Source: Candidatus Kerfeldbacteria bacterium
GTDB taxonomy: Bacteria > Patescibacteriota > Patescibacteriia > UBA9570 > XYC2-FULL-38-9
Direction: 5' to 3'
Assembly: GCA_043813585.1 (NCBI GenBank)
Contig: JBDRKW010000006.1
Coordinates: 149,741-213,740, forward strand
DNA length: 64,000 nt
Each line of letters opens with the position of its first letter. The first letter of the stretch is position 1. The translations under genes and the position numbers were made by a program. The notes below the pieces were generated by a model. That model did no database searches, was not told the DNA's origin, and saw only the letters and a program-made list of their open reading frames with translations. Shown here one piece after another: positions 56,757 through 64,000 of the stretch.

Positions 56757-59597
56757 ATGTCCGATTCCATCAAAATCAAGGGTGCGCGCGTCCATAACCT
56801 CAAGAACATCGATGTCGACATCCCGCGCGACAAATTCGTCGTTATAACGGGCCTTTCCGGCTCGGGCAAGTCCTCGCTCGCATTCGACACGATCTACGCT
56901 GAAGGGCAGCGCCGCTACGTGGAATCATTAAGCTCCTACGCCCGGCAGTTCCTGGGCCTTATGGACAAGCCGGACGTGGACCAGATCGACGGCCTTTCCC
57001 CCGCCATCTCAATAGACCAAAAAACCGCATCACATAACCCGCGTTCTACCGTGGGAACCGTAACGGAGATTTACGATTATCTCCGTTTATTGTTTGCCCG
57101 AATCGGCGTGCCGCACTGCCCGTCCTGCGGCCAGGTGGTCAAGAAGCAGACGATCGACCAGATGATAAAAAAAGTCATGACCATGAAGGACGGCACCAAG
57201 ATCATGGTGATCGCACCGGTTATCCGCGACAAAAAAGGCCACCACCGCCCGGTTTTTGAAGAAGCGCGCAAAGCAGGGTATGTCCGCGTGCGCGTGGACG
57301 GCCTGCTCTACTCTGTTGACGAAGCGGACGAGCTGAACCTGGACAAGCAGAAAAAGCACAACATCGAAATTATCATCGACCGGCTGGAAGTCAAAAAGAG
57401 CATCGACAAGCAGCGCCTGCACGAATCCATCGAAACCGCGCTCGACCTGTCCGACGGCCTGGTTGTCATCCATAATTCCGACGAGGAAAAGGACACGCTG
57501 CTCTCGGAAAAGCTGGCCTGCAACGACTGCGGCATCAACCTGGAAGAGATAGAACCGCGCAACTTTTCGTTCAACTCGCCGCACGGGGCATGCCCGCGCT
57601 GTACCGGCCTGGGCACCAAGCTGGAGGTGGACCCGAATTTAATTATTCCAAACAGGAAGCTGTCCATTGCAGAAGGTGCTGTCCGTCCCTGGTCGCGCAC
57701 CAGTTCCAACCAGACCTGGATGATGCGCATCCTGGAAGCGGCCGCGCACTCACACGGCTTCTCCACCACCGAACCGGTAAAATCCCTGTCCCAGGACGAA
57801 CTCAACATCGTTCTCTACGGCACCGGGGACGAAGAATACGACGTGAATGCCAGCGAAAACTACTCCGGCAAAGTCCAGCAGTTTATGGCCACGTACGAAG
57901 GCGTCATCCCGAACCTGGAACGCCGCTACCGCGAAACAGAGTCCGAATATATCCGCACGGAAATCGAGCGCTACATGCGCGTATTCGACTGCCCGACCTG
58001 CGAAGGAAAACGCCTGAAGCCGGCCGCGCTCGCCGTGACCGTGAATGACCACAATATCTCGCAGGTGACGTCGTTTACCATTGAACAGGCAGAACAATTC
58101 TTCAAGGAACTCAAACTCACCAAAAAGGAAGAAACCATCGCGCGCCAGATTCTCAAAGAAACCCAGGCGCGGCTCGCGTTCCTGGAAAACGTCGGCCTCA
58201 CTTACCTCACGCTGGACCGCACGGCATCCACCCTGTCCGGCGGCGAAGCCCAGCGCATCCGCCTGGCCACGCAGATCGGTTCCTCGCTGGTGGGAGTGCT
58301 GTATATCCTGGACGAACCGTCCATCGGCCTGCACCAGCGCGACAACGGCCGCCTGATTGAAACGCTCAAACAGCTCCGCGACCTGAAAAACACTGTGATC
58401 GTGGTGGAGCATGATGAAGAAACCATCCTGGCGGCAGACCATGTCATCGACATCGGCCCGGGCGCAGGCAAGCACGGCGGCGAAATTGTTTCACAGGGAA
58501 CGCCGGACCAAATCAAGAAAGACAAGAGGTCCCTTACGGGCAAATATTTATCGGGCAAGGACTCGATCCCGATGCCGAAAAAACGTCGCAAAGGCAACGG
58601 CAAAAAGCTCACGGTTGTGGAGGCGGAAGAATTCAACCTGCAAAAAGTGACTGTCGATATCCCGCTGGGCACATTTGTCTGCATCACCGGCGTATCCGGC
58701 TCGGGCAAGTCCACGCTCATGACGGAAATCCTCGCGACCGCGCTCAAGCAACACTTCTACAACGCCAAAGACCTGCCTGGCAAGTATAAGGAGATTAAAG
58801 GCATCGAATACATCGACAAAGTCATTGATATTGACCAGTCGCCGATCGGCCGCACCCCGCGGTCCAACCCGGCAACCTACACCGGCGTCTTCACGCATAT
58901 CCGCGACCTGTATACCCAGGTGCCGGAAGCCAAGATGCGCGGATACAAAGCCGGCCGGTTCTCGTTCAACGTCAAAGGCGGCCGCTGCGAGGCGTGCCAG
59001 GGCGACGGCGTCATCAAGATCGAAATGCACTTCCTGCCGGACGTCTACGTCGAATGCGACGAATGCCACGGCCAGCGCTACAACAAGCAGGCGCTTGAGA
59101 TCCACTACCGCACCAAGACCATCGCGGACGTTTTAGGCATGACCGTAAATGAAGCGTATGAATTCTTCGAAAATATCCCGAACATCCGCAAGAAGCTTGA
59201 AACACTCCGTGATGTCGGCCTCGGCTACATCCGCCTGGGGCAGAACGCAACCACCCTGTCCGGCGGCGAAGCGCAGCGCGTGAAACTCGCAACCGAACTG
59301 TCGCGGCGCGCAACAGGCAAAACATTGTATATTCTGGACGAACCGACCACCGGCCTCCACTTTGACGACGTGAAGCGGCTCCTCAACGTGCTGCAGCAGC
59401 TCGCAGACATGGGCAACACCGTCATGGTCATCGAACACAACCTGGACGTGATCAAATCCGCAGACCACATTATCGACCTCGGCCCGGAAGGCGGCGACAA
59501 AGGCGGCCTGGTAGTTGCCGAAGGCACCCCGGAAGAGGTGGCGAAGGTCAAAGAGAGCTACACCGGCCAGTACCTCAAAGAATCGCTCAAAAAATAA
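56757..59597 (+). CDS. uvrA: Excinuclease ABC subunit A
   Basis: Two ABC ATPase modules ([10 protein letters not shown] / [18 protein letters not shown] x2) and zinc-finger CxxC motifs. TATAAC lies 8 nt upstream of the ATG. Confidence 0.95.
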   Translation: MSDSIKIKGARVHNLKNIDVDIPRDKFVVITGLSGSGKSSLAFDTIYAEGQRRYVESLSSYARQFLGLMDKPDVDQIDGLSPAISIDQKTASHNPRSTVGTVTEIYDYLRLLFARIGVPHCPSCGQVVKKQTIDQMIKKVMTMKDGTKIMVIAPVIRDKKGHHRPVFEEARKAGYVRVRVDGLLYSVDEADELNLDKQKKHNIEIIIDRLEVKKSIDKQRLHESIETALDLSDGLVVIHNSDEEKDTLLSEKLACNDCGINLEEIEPRNFSFNSPHGACPRCTGLGTKLEVDPNLIIPNRKLSIAEGAVRPWSRTSSNQTWMMRILEAAAHSHGFSTTEPVKSLSQDELNIVLYGTGDEEYDVNASENYSGKVQQFMATYEGVIPNLERRYRETESEYIRTEIERYMRVFDCPTCEGKRLKPAALAVTVNDHNISQVTSFTIEQAEQFFKELKLTKKEETIARQILKETQARLAFLENVGLTYLTLDRTASTLSGGEAQRIRLATQIGSSLVGVLYILDEPSIGLHQRDNGRLIETLKQLRDLKNTVIVVEHDEETILAADHVIDIGPGAGKHGGEIVSQGTPDQIKKDKRSLTGKYLSGKDSIPMPKKRRKGNGKKLTVVEAEEFNLQKVTVDIPLGTFVCITGVSGSGKSTLMTEILATALKQHFYNAKDLPGKYKEIKGIEYIDKVIDIDQSPIGRTPRSNPATYTGVFTHIRDLYTQVPEAKMRGYKAGRFSFNVKGGRCEACQGDGVIKIEMHFLPDVYVECDECHGQRYNKQALEIHYRTKTIADVLGMTVNEAYEFFENIPNIRKKLETLRDVGLGYIRLGQNATTLSGGEAQRVKLATELSRRATGKTLYILDEPTTGLHFDDVKRLLNVLQQLADMGNTVMVIEHNLDVIKSADHIIDLGPEGGDKGGLVVAEGTPEEVAKVKESYTGQYLKESLKK

Positions 59598-60626
59598 TTA
59601 CGCCACTGCGGTCCTTTCCGCTTCCTCGAACCGTCGTTTAATTTGATCGGGTATGACGGCGATCGCCAGACGATCATCAGGCTTGGCACCGCGAACCTTC
59701 CGCACCTCGTTTATCAGCGCCTGCGAAGGGTTGTCGCCCGCTTCCAATGCGGCAATGACGGTCCGCACAATATAGTCGTCCGGCAGAACGTCGCGGATGC
59801 CGTCACTGCAGCCCAAAACAATATCTTTGCGCAAATCAATCTTGCGGCTAGTCACATGCGGTTCCAACTTGCCTTCTATCCCCAGGCTCTTCGGAAGCAC
59901 GCTTAAAAATACATTCCCACGGTTACCCTCCAGCTCTTTTAACGCCTCTTCGCGCGTGCACTCTTTCGAAGCCATCACATGTTTGAGGCGCAACTCCACC
60001 GCTTCTACGCCTGCAGCAGCCAGCGCTTGTAATATGCCAGGCGTCAGCACTGTGTCTTTTTTCAGCCTCCCGCCCGGCACCTCAACGCCTGCAGCTGTCA
60101 GCGCCGCATCCACCTCCTGCTGCGGATCATCATTCACCGTAAACTGTTCAATCGTCCGTTCTTCGATGTTAATAACAAATCCCGGGCTGTCGCCGATACT
60201 TGCGCTCGTCACCCGACCCTCGTTCTCCGACAGCTTTTCAAACAATGTCACGTTCATCGTGGTCTTTCCGCCCTCCCCGTTGCGCTTCACCGCTTCATTC
60301 ATATCCGCCGTAACGTTGCGCAGATACTTTCCCCGCTTGTCCGGGTCACCGAATAACTTCGCAGCATTTTCCTGCGCAGCGGCGGCCGCAGCGCGCGATG
60401 CCTTCACGCCAGAACCTTCAGGTCCGCCCTTGGAAGCGCCGTCGTATATGCCTATCACAAATCCTTCGCCTTCGGGGGCTTTAATCAGCTGACCGGTATC
60501 CTCGTTGCGCGTCGGATGGTCCGGGCTCGCTTTGGTCGCATAACTGATCGTAAAACCGGGCTCGGTGCGTTCGCGCGCCTCCTGCGCCTGTTTTTTCGGC
60601 CGAAATTCAATGGAAGTTGTTGCCAT
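59598..60626 (-). CDS. PP2C-family Ser/Thr protein phosphatase-like protein
   Basis: IGIYDGASKGG (DGxGG-like), LGCSDGIRDVL and the terminal DDRLAIAVI resemble PP2C/SpoIIE motifs. Moderate confidence. Confidence 0.5.
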   Translation of the reverse strand: MATTSIEFRPKKQAQEARERTEPGFTISYATKASPDHPTRNEDTGQLIKAPEGEGFVIGIYDGASKGGPEGSGVKASRAAAAAAQENAAKLFGDPDKRGKYLRNVTADMNEAVKRNGEGGKTTMNVTLFEKLSENEGRVTSASIGDSPGFVINIEERTIEQFTVNDDPQQEVDAALTAAGVEVPGGRLKKDTVLTPGILQALAAAGVEAVELRLKHVMASKECTREEALKELEGNRGNVFLSVLPKSLGIEGKLEPHVTSRKIDLRKDIVLGCSDGIRDVLPDDYIVRTVIAALEAGDNPSQALINEVRKVRGAKPDDRLAIAVIPDQIKRRFEEAERTAVA

Positions 60627-60727
60627 ACATTATACGTTTATTGCTCACGCTTGTACTATATATGATGTGGGGAAGAACGCAAAAAAACGGCCTCGTGAGC
60701 CGCTTTATGATTGATATAACACAAAGC

Positions 60728-62071
60728 TTACGATTGCGCCTTCCCGCGGTGCCGCACAAAACCAAACGTTCCGAGCCCCAGCCCGAACGCGACAATCATC
60801 GTCAGCAAAGAAAATTCCGGAACAGCCCCCGCTTCAGGCCCGTTCTCATCAGCACCTTGGTCATAATTTGTGCCCACAGGCATAGGACGCGTTTGCCCAT
60901 CAATATCTAAGCCGCTAAACGTAGCAGGGAGCGAAGTTGTTCCCTCCTCTTCAGCCGGCGAACCTGTCAGGATGTGATATGTCCCATCTAATAAAGGATC
61001 TGCATCTTGAGAAGCCGCATCATCGCCAGAAGCTGATTGCCAATCACCGAGTGAAGTTGCCGGCGTACCATCCCAACTACCCACGTCTGCCGAACCCCCG
61101 GAGCTATAAATCAAATTATTATCAGAGTCCCATCCTGTTGCTGAAGCGAAGATATATAGACCAATACCTCCACTGGGTGGTTGAATGATGTTATTGCGAA
61201 GATAGGTGTTCTCACAACCGAATAACTCAATTTCTGAGCCTTCAGAGTCATCACCATCTGCAACAGTATTATGAACTAACTCTAATCCATCAGATAGAGA
61301 TCCAGAAATTTGTGCAGCGCCCGCACCAATGTCCGTCGAATTGTTATACAAAATATTATTGTGAACCACTGTATCAACAACATACCATGTAGAGCGCCCA
61401 GAAGTACCGATTATATAAATGCCGGAATAACCATTTGAATAAATGTAGTTTCGGCGTACTTCATTGTCTGCAATCATTCCCCCTAATGCGTAGATTTCAA
61501 CACCATTCGTTCCATTGCTGTAAATACTGTTATTTCGAATGATATTGCTGCTCGAATCCATAACCTGCACACCATCTTCCGTTGCATTACGTATTACGTT
61601 GTACTGAAGAATATTGCCAGATCCGCCGCTAATAACGACGTTATGCAAATCAACCCCCTGAAATATAAAATTTTCAAATGTTACGCCGGTTCTGCTGCTT
61701 AAGTTAATCCCATAATCCCCTCCTGTATTTTGGATAATCGGCGATCCTACCCAGTCGGTCCATGTAGTATTATCATGACTAAATGAATCCAATACCAACG
61801 TTTGAAGCGATGCTCCGTTTACATCGCACGTTCCTCGAACATACACTGTTTCTCCTGCCGCTACCTGACTAGCTGCATATTGAAGCGTCGAACATTCGCT
61901 TCCTACGGTACAACCACCCGAATCATTACCAGGGACATCACAATCTACATATCGGTCAGCAGCAAATGCAGCACTAGGCAAAACTACGAAAAAAGCTGCC
62001 AATAAAGCAGCAGTTATTGCAAATGTTCTAATCCGAACAGCACCACGTAGTTGTGACCGTTTTTCTGGCAC
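60728..62071 (-). CDS. Secreted right-handed parallel β-helix (PbH1 repeat) protein with a PEP-CTERM-like C-terminal sorting signal (…VPEFS + TM + RHRGK)
   Basis: Signal peptide and repeated N.I..N/GxxG β-helix rungs. The C-terminus AVPEFSLLTMIVAFGLGLGTFGFVRHRGKAQS has the tripartite exosortase/archaeosortase-signal architecture. Confidence 0.5.
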   Translation of the reverse strand: MPEKRSQLRGAVRIRTFAITAALLAAFFVVLPSAAFAADRYVDCDVPGNDSGGCTVGSECSTLQYAASQVAAGETVYVRGTCDVNGASLQTLVLDSFSHDNTTWTDWVGSPIIQNTGGDYGINLSSRTGVTFENFIFQGVDLHNVVISGGSGNILQYNVIRNATEDGVQVMDSSSNIIRNNSIYSNGTNGVEIYALGGMIADNEVRRNYIYSNGYSGIYIIGTSGRSTWYVVDTVVHNNILYNNSTDIGAGAAQISGSLSDGLELVHNTVADGDDSEGSEIELFGCENTYLRNNIIQPPSGGIGLYIFASATGWDSDNNLIYSSGGSADVGSWDGTPATSLGDWQSASGDDAASQDADPLLDGTYHILTGSPAEEEGTTSLPATFSGLDIDGQTRPMPVGTNYDQGADENGPEAGAVPEFSLLTMIVAFGLGLGTFGFVRHRGKAQS

Positions 62072-62233
62072 CTTTTTTTGTTTTAAGAAGATAAAGGCAG
62101 AATTGCCCCTATCTAAAGATAGTATAACACAATTTCATTATTAATGCAAGCCTTCTTTCATTGACACCCCTCTGCCCTATTGATACCCTCACTTTCCAAG
62201 GGATCGCATGAAAAATGCGAGAAAGGGGGAAAA

Positions 62234-62566
62234 ATGACCAGGGAATTCACTGTCAACATGGAGGATCAGAACTCCATCGGTCACGCATTCGTGGTAATGC
62301 TGATTCACCGCTATCTGCGGTACCCGGAACAACTCCGGGTGCAGATCCAGCGGATCGACGACAAGAATGTCGTGGTGCACATCCGCGCGCACCCGGTCGA
62401 CAAGGCCATGCTGGATGAATGGAAGCGCACCAACAGCAGCCAGCTGATTGCGCTCAGCACCATGCTGGCCCTGCACGCGCACCAGAACGTACTCCCGATC
62501 TACAGCATTCGGGATCACAACAGCCCGCTGCCGGGCGACACTGCATCGCGGAAGAGTATCGCGTAA
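62234..62566 (+). CDS. GC-rich small hypothetical protein (111 aa)
   Basis: SD GAAAGGGGG 4 nt upstream of the ATG. About 62% GC. A terminator-like hairpin and T-run follow at 62567-62615. Confidence 0.45.
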   Translation: MTREFTVNMEDQNSIGHAFVVMLIHRYLRYPEQLRVQIQRIDDKNVVVHIRAHPVDKAMLDEWKRTNSSQLIALSTMLALHAHQNVLPIYSIRDHNSPLPGDTASRKSIA

Positions 62567-62641
62567 CTGCCTGACGCTTCGGAGGGAAGCGATTCAGGCT
62601 CCTTTTTTTTATTTGTTGTTTTACCGCACGCAATCTATACT

Positions 62642-63559
62642 ATGGAGCGTATGGCAACACCGGCAACAACACTCCAGGAAGCGGCATACCGCACGATCGT
62701 CTATTTCGACATGTTCGACTTTGCGCCGACGCTGTTGGAGATAGAAAAATGGATGCTCCACCACGGCCAGGGTCCGTCGTCTTTAAGCTTTCTTAAAAAA
62801 ACAATCGAAAGCGACGAACGGATCAGCCACAAAGACGGATTCTACTTCCTCCGGGGGGACGAGGAACTCACCCGCGCCCGCCTGAAGCGCTACGACTATA
62901 CCGACGAAAAATGGAAACACGCCCGGCCGTACATAAAACTGCTTGCCATGATGCCGCATGTGCGCGCCATCTGGCTTGCGAACGCCATGGGCTGGGGCAA
63001 TGCGCGCGAAAACAGCGACATCGACCTTTTTATTGTTACAACGCCCGGCAAAATATGGTCGGCGCGGTTTTTTACCACAGCGCTGCTGAAACTCCTCCGC
63101 CAGAGACCATTCGAGACCGAGGACCGCAAGGCGATCTGCCTCTCCATGTACGCGGCGGAAAACGCGCTTAACATGGAGCCGTATAAAATCGCGGAGAACG
63201 ACATACACTTTTCCTTCTGGGCCGCGCAGTTCTACCCGGTCTACGATAGCGGCAGTTATTTAATGTATAAGGACTCCAACCGCTGGCTGAACGACGTATT
63301 TGAACACCTCTACTGGACTGAACCGGCCCGGAGACGGATGGTCCGACTGCCGATCGCCATGCGCATCATCAAAGGACTGCTTTCGCTTTTTGCATTAGAG
63401 CGCCTGTTAAAAATGGTCCAGCTCGCCATCATGCCGCTCACGCTCAAAGATATGGCAAACAAGGACAACCGCGTGGTGACGAACGACCAGATACTCAAAC
63501 TCCATACCAACGACAAACGCGCCGAACAGCAGCGCATATACGAACAACGAATTGCGTAA
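62642..63559 (+). CDS. Nucleotidyltransferase-fold (Pol β superfamily) protein
   Basis: GWGNARENSDIDLFIVT matches the G[SG]x9-13D[IV]D minimal NTase active-site signature. TATACT immediately precedes the start. Confidence 0.5.
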   Translation: MERMATPATTLQEAAYRTIVYFDMFDFAPTLLEIEKWMLHHGQGPSSLSFLKKTIESDERISHKDGFYFLRGDEELTRARLKRYDYTDEKWKHARPYIKLLAMMPHVRAIWLANAMGWGNARENSDIDLFIVTTPGKIWSARFFTTALLKLLRQRPFETEDRKAICLSMYAAENALNMEPYKIAENDIHFSFWAAQFYPVYDSGSYLMYKDSNRWLNDVFEHLYWTEPARRRMVRLPIAMRIIKGLLSLFALERLLKMVQLAIMPLTLKDMANKDNRVVTNDQILKLHTNDKRAEQQRIYEQRIA

Positions 63560-63594
63560 AAAAAGAGGATGGAACCGGAGTTCCATCCATGCAG

Positions 63595-64000
63595 TCAGAG
63601 CGTTACATCGCACTGGCCGCCGTCGTTCTGTCCCCAACAGGTGACAGCGTTGTTGATATCCACCGCGCAGGTGTAGTACCAACCGGCAGAAACCTGGAGG
63701 TATTGGCCCGGAGGTACGGCGGTCTGGCCGTAGATGTTCATACCCCAGCACTCGATGCTTCCATCGAACCGGAGGCCGCACATGTGGTACATGCCGGCGC
63801 TCACGTGGACAAACTCCCCTGCCGGAGCATTGAGTTCGCCGTAGTTGTTGGAGCCCCAACAGATGACCGTGTTGTCCTGGCGTTGTGCGCAGGTGTGCAT
63901 CGCACCGGCCGTCATCTCTTTGACGTTCGAAAGGCCCCACGGAACCGACAACTGATTGAAGTTGTTCTGGCCCCAGCAGGTAACCGTGCCGTTGGTGCGC
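63595..64000 (-). CDS. RCC1-repeat (β-propeller) protein; only the C-terminal part lies in the window
   Basis: Repeated CWG.N.YGQ / ICWGSNNYGELN / ECWGMNIYGQT blades. The ORF continues past 64000. Confidence 0.6.
   Translation of the reverse strand, partial: RTNGTVTCWGQNNFNQLSVPWGLSNVKEMTAGAMHTCAQRQDNTVICWGSNNYGELNAPAGEFVHVSAGMYHMCGLRFDGSIECWGMNIYGQTAVPPGQYLQVSAGWYYTCAVDINNAVTCWGQNDGGQCDVTL

Overview
The window looks like a moderate-GC (roughly 45–56%) monoderm-type bacterial chromosome; the phylum is unclear and possibly CPR/Patescibacteria- or Chloroflexi-like (inference). Most of it is housekeeping. A complete secretin-less type IV pilus cluster on the minus strand spans 1–12.3 kb: two minor pilins, PilD, terminated pilA, PilC, PilT, PilB, an FN3 membrane protein, PilO/N/M and a large secreted protein. 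The window also carries ychF, folD, glyA, an ECF-type sigma factor, bacterial Elp3, a phosphomannomutase, and a gpmI–HAD–(PP-loop ATPase)–murD operon. Further along are trpS, RNase J, tRNA-Leu(CAG), an OppA-like binding protein, secG, a TrmB-like regulator, pcrA, uvrC, uvrA and a PP2C-like phosphatase. Core genes almost never have a Shine-Dalgarno sequence, and several (trpS, pcrA, uvrA, sigma, the NTase) have a -10 hexamer 6–9 nt upstream of the ATG, so they look leaderless. At least ten dispersed genes differ sharply: they are 60–65% GC, and most have a strong GGAGG-type SD and/or a consensus TTGACA-17-TATAAT promoter; none has a recognisable function. They include a small gene beside an IS200-type element, a LOG/SLOG-family gene, and an operon of two paralogues sharing a ~120-aa N-terminal domain (28.4–30.5 kb). 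They also include a block between pcrA and uvrC (440-aa protein, histone-H1-like membrane protein, 232-aa protein, 659-aa acidic coiled-coil protein), a β-barrel-like protein and a small protein next to a nucleotidyltransferase-fold protein. The paralogous pair is the best candidate for an undescribed system. The PP-loop gene overlapping a stand-alone murD is a candidate MurD2–MurL (L-Glu ligase plus epimerase) pair. I saw no CRISPR array, rRNA or reverse transcriptase.
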